Translations under genes and position numbers: made by a program | In this document: positions 19,862 to 29,067 of the stretch, in pieces | Position numbering within the stretch: the first letter of the stretch is position 1 | Layout: each line of letters opens with the position of its first letter | Source of the DNA: Planctomycetota bacterium | GTDB taxonomy: Bacteria; Planctomycetota; UBA8108; SXIK01 | Length of the DNA stretch: 64,000 nt | Direction: 5' to 3' | Assembly (NCBI GenBank): GCA_965223265.1 | Contig: OZ244999.1 | Span: 6,656,001 to 6,720,000, forward strand | The notes under the pieces: generated by a model | What the model saw: only the letters and a program-made list of their open reading frames with translations | What the model was told of the DNA's origin: nothing | Databases searched by the model: none

Positions 19862-20539
19862 ATGTCCGAGTCGAAAACGAATCTCAGCTACGACGAGTGG
19901 TTGGACTACTGTTTCGACCGCCCGGTGACCAACCCGCAGTGGTACTACAGCACGGACCCTGAACTCGACTGGTACGAACCCGACCCCACGGAAATCACGA
20001 AGTTCATGTCTCGACTCTTCGCCAATGCGGGCGACCTCGTCGAGCGCTACACATTGGAACAGGTGAACGAGGGCCTGTATTTCATTTGCAGTCATGGGTC
20101 AGAGTACTTCCTTACGGCGCGAGAGTGCCAAGACAAGGAGCTGCAAGCGGAGTGGGTGCTGTCGATCCTGCTCCTCTATCGGGATCTCTTCTCTAGAGTT
20201 TGCACCGACCACTTCGGGCACCTTGACGCGGGTCCCGAGAAGCCGAGTCCGCTCAACGCTACGTGCTACATGTTCTGGGATCTTGACTGCCTCGAAGGGG
20301 CGGCGATGTTCCCCGGAGAGGAACACCTCGTCGATCCGATCTTCGAGGTGTTGGAAGGCGCCTTGCGCCTGCGTTCCGTTGCATGCCGAGAGAGCGCCTT
20401 GCACGGACTGGGACACCTCCAGACGTTTCACAAGAAACGCGTGCGACGGATCATCGGTGATTTCCTGAACGGAAACCGCAACCTTCCGCCGGAGTTAACG
20501 GACTACGCTCTAAGCGCCCGGAGTGGATGCGTACAGTGA
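19862..20539 (+). CDS. Hypothetical protein
   Basis: GGAGG RBS; 225 aa; motifs LN..CYMFWD and C.ESALHGLGH look conserved, function not recognised. Confidence 0.75.
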   Translation: MSESKTNLSYDEWLDYCFDRPVTNPQWYYSTDPELDWYEPDPTEITKFMSRLFANAGDLVERYTLEQVNEGLYFICSHGSEYFLTARECQDKELQAEWVLSILLLYRDLFSRVCTDHFGHLDAGPEKPSPLNATCYMFWDLDCLEGAAMFPGEEHLVDPIFEVLEGALRLRSVACRESALHGLGHLQTFHKKRVRRIIGDFLNGNRNLPPELTDYALSARSGCVQ

Positions 20540-20630
20540 CGAGCCGTTCAGCTCTCTGGTTCGGCTGCGAATCCATGGCCGAAATCGGCGACCAAGCTCA
20601 GCGCACGCGACCTCTTTCGGCAACGCAAAC

Positions 20631-22589
20631 ATGATCACAAGAGCAACCGAAGCCCAGATCTCGGAGTTCGCACAGACGCAGCGCCGCCTGATTCAACTCG
20701 AGCGCGAAGCAGAGATTCACGAGACGAGCGAACTGCAGGGCTCACTTTCGGCCCAGGAGCTCCAGCGCCGCGGGCTTTGCTTGTTACAACTCAACGTGAC
20801 GGGCGATCGCGTTGGACTCGGTGGTCATTCGTTGATCGATCTCGCACCGACGACGGGAATGCTGGTCCACCATCGCATTGGCGTGGGCGACATCGTCACG
20901 ATTCGCCCCCAACGCGCCAGACCCAATGAAACACCGAAACGCTCCTCGTCGATTCGTCGCCCAAAAGCATCCCCGTCGTCGGGGGCACTCACTGGGGTCG
21001 TGTCTCGGGTCACTGAATCTGGTCTCACTGTTGCCATCGATGAGTGGCCAGATCACCTGCCAGAAGCGCCACTGCGCCTCGACCGGGTGGCGAACGAAGT
21101 CACGTTTCGCCGGCTCGAGGAAGTCCTTGATCGTCTCGAACGTTACCGAGGTGGTCCGGCAGACCGACTCCTTGAAATCGCTTTCGGCGCCCAGCCCCCT
21201 GACCAGAACGACGCCGTGCAGACAGACGAGCTTGAAGGGTGTCTCGACACGGCGCAGCGCGACGCCGTACGATTCGCGATGTCGTCCGGGGACATCGCCT
21301 TGATCCACGGCCCTCCAGGAACAGGCAAAACCACGACACTGGTTGAGCTCATTCACCAGATGGTGGCCAGCGGACAAAGTGTGCTCGCCACGGCACCGTC
21401 GAATATCGCCGTTGACAACCTCGTAGAGCGTCTCAGCGATCGCGGTCTGGCCGTCGTTCGTATAGGACACCCCGCGCGCCTACTGCCAAGTGTCACCAGC
21501 CGCTCGCTTGCCGAGCTCGTTGAAAAATCGGACGGCATGAAGATTGCGGCTGACGTGCGTCGAGAGATCGATCAAGCATACCGGGATCTCCGGCGCGTGC
21601 GATATGGTCGCGAACGCGGTCGGATAAGACAGGAGATCCGACGACTGCGCGAGGAAGTACGCGAACTCGAGAAATTCGCTGTGCGCCAGGTCGTGACATC
21701 CGCCGACGTCGTCCTAAGTACGACGATCGGGGCCGCGGACCGTTCCGTCGCTGGCATCGACTTCGATCTCGTCGTGATCGACGAAGCCGCGCAATCTCTC
21801 GAAGTCGCGGCGTGGATTCCGCTCCTGAAGGGCCGACGAGCTGTTCTGTGTGGCGATCATCAACAACTGCCGCCGACGATTCGCTCGCAAGAGGCAGCGA
21901 CACGGGGGTTTTCGACGACGCTCTTCGAGCGCCTTCACGAACAACATGGTAGCGCGATCACACGAATGCTGACGAGGCAGTACCGCATGCATCAACGCAT
22001 CATGAACTGGTCGTCGGTCGAGCTCTATGGAGGTCGCGTTGAAGCCGACGAAACCGTACGAGAGCATCTCCTGATGCATCTTCCGGACTGCGCTCAGACG
22101 TTTGAGCTGCAGACCCCCGTTCTGCTGATCGATACGGCAGGGTGCGACCTCGAGGAAGAAACGGTCGAGCACACAAGCTCGAGGTCAAACCGAGGCGAAA
22201 CCGATATCGTTACGGCACACGTGCAACGACTGATCGAAGCTGGCGTTCCGGCGCACAACATCGCTGTGATCACCCCCTATAACGCGCAGGTGGCCCAGCT
22301 ACGAAATGCTCTACGTCCAAAGTGGCCGGAGCTCGAAATCGGCAGCGTCGATGGATTCCAAGGTCGAGAGAAGGAAGCTATCGTCCTTTCACTGGTGCGC
22401 TCGAATCGCACCGGTGACGTTGGATTTCTATCAGATGAGCGCCGCATGAATGTTGCTGTCACGCGCGCCCGGCGACACGTTGCGATCATCGGCGACAGCG
22501 CCACCGTCTCCAGTCACCCGTTTCTCTGTCGGCTGGTGGAGTATTGCCAAGCCCACGGAGAGTACCGAAGCGCGTGGGAATACCGATAG
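20631..22589 (+). CDS. Superfamily 1 helicase, IGHMBP2/UPF1-like
   Basis: GPPGTGKT, APSNIAVDN, DEAAQ, GDHQQLPP, QYRMH, ITPYNAQ, SVDGFQGREKE, RRMNVAVTRAR. Confidence 0.95.
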   Translation: MITRATEAQISEFAQTQRRLIQLEREAEIHETSELQGSLSAQELQRRGLCLLQLNVTGDRVGLGGHSLIDLAPTTGMLVHHRIGVGDIVTIRPQRARPNETPKRSSSIRRPKASPSSGALTGVVSRVTESGLTVAIDEWPDHLPEAPLRLDRVANEVTFRRLEEVLDRLERYRGGPADRLLEIAFGAQPPDQNDAVQTDELEGCLDTAQRDAVRFAMSSGDIALIHGPPGTGKTTTLVELIHQMVASGQSVLATAPSNIAVDNLVERLSDRGLAVVRIGHPARLLPSVTSRSLAELVEKSDGMKIAADVRREIDQAYRDLRRVRYGRERGRIRQEIRRLREEVRELEKFAVRQVVTSADVVLSTTIGAADRSVAGIDFDLVVIDEAAQSLEVAAWIPLLKGRRAVLCGDHQQLPPTIRSQEAATRGFSTTLFERLHEQHGSAITRMLTRQYRMHQRIMNWSSVELYGGRVEADETVREHLLMHLPDCAQTFELQTPVLLIDTAGCDLEEETVEHTSSRSNRGETDIVTAHVQRLIEAGVPAHNIAVITPYNAQVAQLRNALRPKWPELEIGSVDGFQGREKEAIVLSLVRSNRTGDVGFLSDERRMNVAVTRARRHVAIIGDSATVSSHPFLCRLVEYCQAHGEYRSAWEYR

Positions 22590-22678
22590 CGGGACGCTCT
22601 CGCCTCGGTCGTGTCGCGGACGGCAACGCTGCCGCAGCACCGTCAACTGCGCCGGAAAGTATTGCGGCATGACCCTTA

Positions 22679-22701
22679 AAGTGGTACATATCGTACCTCT
22701 T
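22679..22701. promoter_or_regulatory. Candidate Rrf2 operator 1
   Basis: AAGTGGTAC-ATATC-GTACCTCTT, 23-bp imperfect palindrome upstream of the DUF3365 gene. Confidence 0.65.
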
Positions 22702-22738
22702 TTGTCCTTTGCCCTCAACAGACAGCCAGGAAACAAGT

Positions 22739-23287
22739 ATGGAAAGTTTCACGATCAAAAATCGGAACCGCCTCGCGTGGTGTGGCGTCCTCGTCGCCAG
22801 CGTAGCGGTCAGCTTCCTTTGCATCGTCGTGGCCGAAAGTAACGCGGGAGGTGACGGGGCCGCGGTCGAGCGCACTCGAAAACAGGTGCGGATGCTCGAC
22901 GATCTCTACAAGAACGTCGTCGTTCTCATCACAGACAAATACGTCGAAGATAAGACAGACTTCGCTGCCGGTAGCGCCGCGGTGCAACTGTTCAAGGCTA
23001 TGAAGAAGAAGGGATGGCACGAGGTCAGGCTTCTCGACGCTACAGGACGCCCACGACGCTCAAAGAACGCCCCGCAGGACGACTTCGAACGCAAGGCGGT
23101 CGCCGCCATGAATCGAGGTGAGTCCTACATCGACTCAGTCGTCGACATCGACGGCGTGAAACACCTGCGGGCCGCGACACCCGTCCCCGTCGTTAGCGAA
23201 AAGTGCATCATGTGCCACTCCCACTACGCCGACGCCAAGGAAGGTGCGGCAATCGGGGCGCTCAGCTACACGCTGAAGGTGGAGTGA
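22739..23287 (+). CDS. DUF3365-type exported c-type heme protein
   Basis: Signal/TM segment; N.P.DDFE..A; C-terminal CIMCH...G..IGALSY. Confidence 0.8.
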   Translation: MESFTIKNRNRLAWCGVLVASVAVSFLCIVVAESNAGGDGAAVERTRKQVRMLDDLYKNVVVLITDKYVEDKTDFAAGSAAVQLFKAMKKKGWHEVRLLDATGRPRRSKNAPQDDFERKAVAAMNRGESYIDSVVDIDGVKHLRAATPVPVVSEKCIMCHSHYADAKEGAAIGALSYTLKVE

Positions 23288-23418
23288 TGATGCTCTGATT
23301 CGCGATGTTGAACCATGCCTTGAGAAGCGCTGCCGGGCAAGACTCGTCATCGCGCTCGAGCGTCGTCCTCAAGTCGGCGGTCAATACTGGTCGGTTGGAG
23401 ATGGTCGAACCGGAGACG

Positions 23419-23441
23419 CAGTGATACATTTGGCACCACGT
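23419..23441. promoter_or_regulatory. Candidate Rrf2 operator 2 (autoregulatory)
   Basis: CAGTGATAC-ATTTG-GCACCACGT, same geometry as 22679-22701, 20 bp upstream of the rrf2 ATG. Confidence 0.5.
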
Positions 23442-23461
23442 CAATCGACTGGAGCGCCGCC

Positions 23462-23920
23462 ATGAAACTTCGCCTGCACACCGACTTCGCCCTCCGCGTC
23501 CTTCTTTATCTCGCGTACGCTCACCGCAAAGCGACCGTCGACGAAATCGCATCGGCGTACGGGATCTCGCGTGACCATCTCGTCAAAGTCGTGCAGCGGT
23601 TAGCAACGCATGGCTTCGTGAAGACACATCCCGGCCGCGGCGGCGGCGTCACGCTGGTGGGTGACGCGGAATCCATCAGCGTGCAGGAAGTCGTCGAACA
23701 GCTCGAGGGACGACACGGTGTGCTCGAGTGCGTCGAGACTCCCGAGGTTTGTCCGATGGAGCCTGGATGTCGTCTCCGCAAGCTCCTCATGCAAGCTGAG
23801 AAGGCGTTCTACGACACACTCGGCACTCAATCGCTGGCGGATCTAACAGGCCGCCGCTCACAAACCGGAGGTCTTCGGAACCTGGAAATTTCGCCAACGG
23901 CGCGTCAAGCAGAGCGTTGA
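23462..23920 (+). CDS. Rrf2-family transcriptional regulator, NsrR-like
   Basis: TDFALRVL.YLA, IS..HLVKVV..L, GRGGG, three Fe-S Cys (EC...VCP...GC.L). Confidence 0.9.
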   Translation: MKLRLHTDFALRVLLYLAYAHRKATVDEIASAYGISRDHLVKVVQRLATHGFVKTHPGRGGGVTLVGDAESISVQEVVEQLEGRHGVLECVETPEVCPMEPGCRLRKLLMQAEKAFYDTLGTQSLADLTGRRSQTGGLRNLEISPTARQAER

Positions 23921-24196
23921 AACGCGGCGCGTCTCCGGGCATTTGAGGAGCTAACTGCTGAGTCCCACAAACTCTGGCTCGTGAGCAGCGACGAGTCTCA
24001 GATTCACTGACCCGGAAACGCCCCGGCATACCCCGCCGAACCGACCGTCCGATCATACCCCGCCTACCCCGCGCCCCCCGTTCGACGCTGCGCCCTGGAC
24101 CTTCGCTCGACTCCTCGCCTCACCTCGAGTAAAGAGGGGAGCGGAGAGACCGGTGTTGGTGCACTTCTCTCCGCAAGTCCCCGTACGGAGAGAGCG

Positions 24197-24865
24197 ATGC
24201 TACCCCATTTGGTCAACGCGATACAGAGCTATGGCGAAGCTGTTCGCCGCCGTGAGATCCAGCCGACCTGTAACCGCTGCCCGAATTGCAGCGGGGAGCC
24301 AGATCGGTTCCGCTACCGCGGTCACCGAGAGCGCGTGTTCCTCGTTATCGTCAGGCGTCTGGTCGAACCTGTCCTGTCGCTTCTGAGTCGCTGGAAGTGT
24401 CCTCTGTGTAAGCGCTCCTTCACGCTCTACCCGCCCTTCGCGCTGCCGGGGAAACGCTACGTTCGCGACTGCGTTTTCGATCACGCTCGGCGCTACCTCC
24501 AGATCGACGAGCTTTCGTATCGCGAAGCCGTCAAGGTCGAACACATGCCCGTCTTCCACGAGGGTGACGACAGGGGAGCGATCGACGAGCGCAGCCTCGC
24601 GCACTCAACACTTCATCGTTGGCTTTCGTTCTTTCGCTCTCTCAACGCCACGCTCCTGGAGGCTCTCCGCCTCATCCGAGAGCGCTCGGCGAGGTCCGAC
24701 ATCTTCCGCAAGGTCTTCGCCGTCCGTCCAGCCAAGTACCGAAGCGAATCACGGCGGGACACTCTCGTCGCGGCACTTCGAGCTCTCTCGATCGACCAGG
24801 TGTTCCGTTCCCTCTTCGGCCGATCGATCTTCCCCGACTTGGCAACCTCCGCAGCCTGGGCGTGA
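24197..24865 (+). CDS. Transposon ORF1: zinc-ribbon + HTH protein (DUF6431-like)
   Basis: CPNC...R.KCPLCKRSFTLYP.FALP.KRY, then HTH-like LAHSTLHRWL. Confidence 0.7.
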   Translation: MLPHLVNAIQSYGEAVRRREIQPTCNRCPNCSGEPDRFRYRGHRERVFLVIVRRLVEPVLSLLSRWKCPLCKRSFTLYPPFALPGKRYVRDCVFDHARRYLQIDELSYREAVKVEHMPVFHEGDDRGAIDERSLAHSTLHRWLSFFRSLNATLLEALRLIRERSARSDIFRKVFAVRPAKYRSESRRDTLVAALRALSIDQVFRSLFGRSIFPDLATSAAWA

Positions 24866-24905
24866 GCGAGAATCACGCCTCGCTCGCCCCATGCGAGGTG
24901 TGATC

Positions 24906-26468
24906 ATGAAAGCGAAAGATCTCGATTGGGCTATCTTCTGGGCGGCTCTTCTCCAGCCCGTCGTCATCGGCGAGGTGCCGGAGGAGGAAGCCGCGCGATT
25001 TCTCCGCGAGCTCGCCAAAGAAGAGCGCATCTTTCCCGACGGATCGCGACGCAAGCCGGCTCTTTCGACCCTGAGGCGGAAGCTTCGCATCTATCGCGAG
25101 GAGGGCTTCGAGGGTCTTGCCCGCAGGCCGCGAAGCGATCGCGGGAAACCGCGTGCCCACGGCAAAGAGCTCGTCGAGAAAGCCGTCGAGCTGAAGCGTG
25201 ATCAGCCACTGCGCTCCCACTTCGCCATCAACAAGTTCCTCCAGGCTCAGCACGGAAAGACCATTCCGCGTTCGACCCTCTTCCGCTACCTCAAGATCGC
25301 CGGCGCGACGCGGCTGAAGCTCGGTGTCGAGAGGAGGAAAGTCCGGAAACGCTGGACTCGTGACTCCACCCATGCCCTCTGGGTCGGCGACTTCGCCGAT
25401 GGACCCTACGTGCTGCACGACGGCGAAGTCGTCCCCACCTTCCTCTGTGTTCTCATCGACTGCTACAGCCGCTCGCTCGTCGAGGGGCGCTACTACCTTC
25501 GGCAAAATCTCGAGGTCTTGATCGACTGCTTGCTGCGGGCGTGGGCCAAGCACGGTGCTTCGGACGAGCTCTATGTCGATCAGGCGAAGGTCTATATCTC
25601 CAAAGCGCTCAAGGCGGCATGCCTTGCCGTTGTCACCCGGCTCATCCATCGCGGCAAGGGCGATCCGCCACCGGGTGGTCTCGTCGAACGACTCATCGAG
25701 ACGATACAGGGCCAGTTCGAGGCCGAGGTCAGAGCCGGCGAGATCCTCACTCTCGACTCGCTCAACGGAAGCTTCGATTCCTGGAAGACCGTGGCCTACC
25801 ACCGCCAGGTCAACACCGAGACCGGCGAAACACCCGAGGCACGAGCCGAGGCCGGCCTCAAACGGCCTATCCGACACGTCGACATTCAGCGCGTCACCGA
25901 GTTCTTCATGTGCCGCGAGACGCGGCGCGTTCACCCGGACTTCTCCGACGTCCAGCTCGATCGCCGCTTCTATCGCGTCGACAAGAGTCTGCGCGGTGAC
26001 AAGGTCGAAGTCCGCTACGATCCCTTCTCCGCGCCCGACACGGTTCTCATCTACTCCAGCAACGAAGAGTACCTCGGAAAGGGCGTCCTTCACGAGCGCG
26101 AAGAGGGCGAGGACGCCGGTGCTCCCGCCCCTCCCGCCAAAGCGAAGCACAACTATCTGGAGCTTCTTCGCCGTGAGCACGACGAGGAGCTCAAGAAGCG
26201 CGCCCAGGGGATCGACTACCGTCGTGTCATCGCCTCTCGCCAGTGGCCCTTCACCGACTTCGCATGCCTTCTCGGCCGGCTCATGGGGCGCAAGGGCGCC
26301 CTCTCGAGCTTCACCGCCGAGGAGCTCGAGGAACTCAAGAAGTTCTACAACCGTACTCCCAGCCTCACCGAAGTCCTCTTGCTGAGGGCCTTCGAGAAGG
26401 CTCCGGAGAAATCCATTCCCTACATCGCCTACGAGCTTCAACGACTCGCAGGCAGAAAGGAGGACTGA
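24906..26468 (+). CDS. Transposon ORF2: DDE transposase (integrase core + Mu-type C-terminal domain)
   Basis: GAGGTG RBS; N-terminal HTH and RSDRG; LWVGD, LYVDQ, G.VER triad; VEVRYDP in C-terminal domain. Confidence 0.9.
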   Translation: MKAKDLDWAIFWAALLQPVVIGEVPEEEAARFLRELAKEERIFPDGSRRKPALSTLRRKLRIYREEGFEGLARRPRSDRGKPRAHGKELVEKAVELKRDQPLRSHFAINKFLQAQHGKTIPRSTLFRYLKIAGATRLKLGVERRKVRKRWTRDSTHALWVGDFADGPYVLHDGEVVPTFLCVLIDCYSRSLVEGRYYLRQNLEVLIDCLLRAWAKHGASDELYVDQAKVYISKALKAACLAVVTRLIHRGKGDPPPGGLVERLIETIQGQFEAEVRAGEILTLDSLNGSFDSWKTVAYHRQVNTETGETPEARAEAGLKRPIRHVDIQRVTEFFMCRETRRVHPDFSDVQLDRRFYRVDKSLRGDKVEVRYDPFSAPDTVLIYSSNEEYLGKGVLHEREEGEDAGAPAPPAKAKHNYLELLRREHDEELKKRAQGIDYRRVIASRQWPFTDFACLLGRLMGRKGALSSFTAEELEELKKFYNRTPSLTEVLLLRAFEKAPEKSIPYIAYELQRLAGRKED

Positions 26469-27259
26469 TGTTCACCACCCATTTCAAGATGACGACGCAG
26501 CCCTTTCTCGAGCGCGCGCCCGTCGAGCAGATTCTTTCCGACGAGCGCATCACCCAGGGACTCGCTCGACTGGAGTACCTCGCCAAGTCGGGCTCGATCG
26601 GCCTGGTGACCGGACTCACCGGGGTGGGGAAGTCGTCTCTGGTGAAGCTCTTCGTGCGCTCGCTGAGCCGCAACCTCTACGACCCGATCTATCTCTCGCT
26701 GACCTACGTCGGGGCAAACGGCATTCTGAAGCTCCTGGTTTCCAGCCTCGGCGAGCAGCCCCGCCGTGGCAAGGAGCGGCTCTTCCTCCAGATCCTGGAT
26801 CGCGTCGGGGCGAACGAGCACACGACAATCCTCGTCATCGATGAAGCGCACCTGCTTCCTTCGGAGTCGCTCACCGATCTGAGACTTCTGGTCAGCTCCG
26901 GACTCGAGGACGGCCCGCCATTGAAGATCCTCCTCAGCGGACAAGAGACCCTGAGAAAGGAGCTTACCCGAGCGCGCCACGCCGATCTCACGCATCGGCT
27001 CAGCGTGCGCTACCACGTGCCGCCGCTCAGCAAGGAGCAGACGGTCGAGTACATCGACTTTCAGATGCGCGCAGCCGGCGCCTCGCAGAAAGTCTTCGAG
27101 CCTGAAGCGAAGTCGCTCATCCACGACTACTCAAGCGGCGTGCCGCGGCGCATCAACAACATCGCCACCGCCTGCCTCATTCAGGCCGCGAGCAAGAACG
27201 TCCAGAAGATCTCCGAGGCGCTCGTCAACGACACCGCCCCCGAGTTCCATCTGCCCTGA
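26468..27259 (+). CDS. Transposon ORF3: ExeA/GspA-type AAA ATPase
   Basis: TGATG coupling to ORF2; HF.M...PF, Walker A GLTGVGKS, Walker B ILVIDEAH, LSGQ..L, S.GVPRRIN. Confidence 0.9.
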   Translation: MFTTHFKMTTQPFLERAPVEQILSDERITQGLARLEYLAKSGSIGLVTGLTGVGKSSLVKLFVRSLSRNLYDPIYLSLTYVGANGILKLLVSSLGEQPRRGKERLFLQILDRVGANEHTTILVIDEAHLLPSESLTDLRLLVSSGLEDGPPLKILLSGQETLRKELTRARHADLTHRLSVRYHVPPLSKEQTVEYIDFQMRAAGASQKVFEPEAKSLIHDYSSGVPRRINNIATACLIQAASKNVQKISEALVNDTAPEFHLP

Positions 27260-27278
27260 GAACGGAGACTGACGCGCC

Positions 27279-27572
27279 ATGTTCCACAAGACCCTGATGC
27301 CTCGAGTCAACGACTTCGCCGAGTATCCTGAGCTCGCCGTTTTGATGACCCTCGCGACGAACCTCGAGATCGCCCTGTTCGCTCTGAACGCCGCGTACCC
27401 CGATCTCGACTTCGACTACACGCAACGCTCCTCCTACACCGAGCAAGACGCCTATCTCGCCGCCTTGGGCGCTCAGCTGCGAGCGCTCCAGATCGTCCTC
27501 GAAGAGTATCTCGAGAGCCTGCAACGAATCCGATATTTGAAGGCGCCGAGCGGTGGAGGTGGCGTCGCATGA
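27279..27572 (+). CDS. Transposon ORF4: small helical hypothetical protein
   Basis: GGAG RBS; 97 aa; coupled to ORF5 by ATGA. Confidence 0.7.
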   Translation: MFHKTLMPRVNDFAEYPELAVLMTLATNLEIALFALNAAYPDLDFDYTQRSSYTEQDAYLAALGAQLRALQIVLEEYLESLQRIRYLKAPSGGGGVA

Positions 27573-27886
27573 CAGGACGATTCTCCGGCAAGCTCCTGCG
27601 GTCGTTGAGAAACGATATACCGATCGCGTGGCTCCTCGATCTGCTCGGCGTCCCCGCGAAAATCTCCGAGGGCTACGTGCGCTTCCTCTGTCCGCGGTGT
27701 CGCGAATTCAACACCGCGACGAAGGCGTCCACCAACCTCGCGCGTTGCTTTCGCTGCGAGACGAACTTCAACCCGATCGACCTGGTCATGATCGTCAAGC
27801 GGCTGAATTTCGTCGACGCCGTCGAGTTCCTCGCCGAGCTCCGCGATCGTCGCGGTGACGCTCGCGCCACGCCTCGCCCTTCGTGA
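27569..27886 (+). CDS. Transposon ORF5: stand-alone primase-type (CHC2-like) zinc-finger protein
   Basis: GGAGG RBS; CPRC...RCFRC...N.IDLV....LNFVDAVEFL parallels the DnaG zinc-binding domain; no TOPRIM domain. Confidence 0.8.
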   Translation: MTGRFSGKLLRSLRNDIPIAWLLDLLGVPAKISEGYVRFLCPRCREFNTATKASTNLARCFRCETNFNPIDLVMIVKRLNFVDAVEFLAELRDRRGDARATPRPS

Positions 27887-28075
27887 TTCCCCGGGTCGTC
27901 GTGCCGTCCGGGACACGACGACCCGCGCCTTCTCGCCTCGCAAATCGCATCTCGCACCCGCGAATCAGCACCATGCCATTTAATCTGGGATTTCCGCGCC
28001 AGATACTGTGGGACTTAGCAGCTAACTAAGCCAGCCATTTCGTCTTGCCGCGAGGCGTTCTCGCCGTCATTTTTT

Positions 28076-28261
28076 TAACAGCCTGCCTGAGAAAGTGCTC
28101 CGAGCCGAAAGCTGGTCTCGTCGCGTCCAGATCGGCCGCGGCAAACGCAGGCAATCTTCGGGCCCTCTTCTTTCGGCTCTGATGGCGAGTAATGACGCGG
28201 CCCGTCTGGGCGTGAAGACGCCAGTTTCTTCGGCCGAATGATTTCTTCAGGCGGGCTGTTG
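28076..28261 (+). repeat. ~185-bp palindromic dispersed repeat, copy 2 of 3
   Basis: TAA-CAGCCTGCCTGAGAAAGT ... ATTTCTTCAGGCGGGCTG-TTG; most diverged copy. Confidence 0.9.
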
Positions 28262-29067
28262 AGCACGCTTCTTCTCAACCTCCGCCCGAAGAGCTTCACA
28301 ACGATCACGGAAGAACGACTCCCAATCAAAAACCGCGCTCGAGTACCACCCGAACGCGGCGAGATTGAACTGAGTCCGAATCGGATCTATTCGCGGAGAC
28401 AGCCGGTCACATTCAATTCTTGGGAGTTTCGACGAGATCGACGTCCAGCACGATGTGCTCGACAAGCTCGCCAACTCCATTACTGTCGACACTCACAATC
28501 CAGACGTTGTTGAAGCCACTCACCCTACCTCTGGGGCTCCGCGGGAAGGTGTCAGGATCGCTCGTGTCGATGCCGAAGCTCTCCATAATCGGATAGATCG
28601 TCGGGCTGTGAGCGGCGACGAGCGCGACACTTCCGGTGGGAAGTAGCCCAAGGAACTTGATCATTGGGTCCCTGGACGACGACGACCCTTCAAATCCGCT
28701 GGCGCACTCGTCCACAAACGGCGGAACTTGCTGCACCCCGTCCTTGGGGTTTTGATCGACATCCCCGGCCAAGCCAGCGTCGGACGCGATCATCTGTATA
28801 GTTTGACGCGTGCGGATCTTGTGACTCGCGATGACGTTGGTGAGGGTGTCGGTGATTCCCTGGTCCTGGAACCACTTCGCAAGCAGCTCCGCTCGCCGCT
28901 CGCCGAGTGGATTGAGAACCTCGCTGCAGCACTCGTCGACCTCGCGCCCATCGACAAACGGCTTGCAGGATCGACGAAAAACCGGAGACAGTTCATTCGA
29001 CTGAACGAGTTCAATTTGATCCTCGGCGTGTCGAACGAAATAGAGAATCGTTTCGGCTTCTTGGGCA

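Larger units (their letters stand above)
23956..28020 (+). mobile_element. 4065-bp five-gene DDE transposon (Mu/Tn552/IS21-like architecture)
   Basis: Ends TGCTGAGTCCCACAAACTCTGGCTCG and (reverse complement) TGCTAAGTCCCACAGTATCTGGCGCG; 6-bp target duplication GCTAAC at 23950-23955 and 28021-28026. Confidence 0.92.

Noticed and set aside
24873-26441. 522-aa minus-strand ORF (likewise 15537-16934, 6540-7640, 62307-63386)
   Set aside because: Antisense shadows of well-supported genes in high-GC DNA, with no recognisable motifs
28247-28410. Short minus-strand frame ending ...FDWESFFRDRCEALRAEVEKKRAQQPA at repeat copy 2
   Set aside because: Looks protein-like but has no clear start or RBS and no recognised family; possibly a gene remnant
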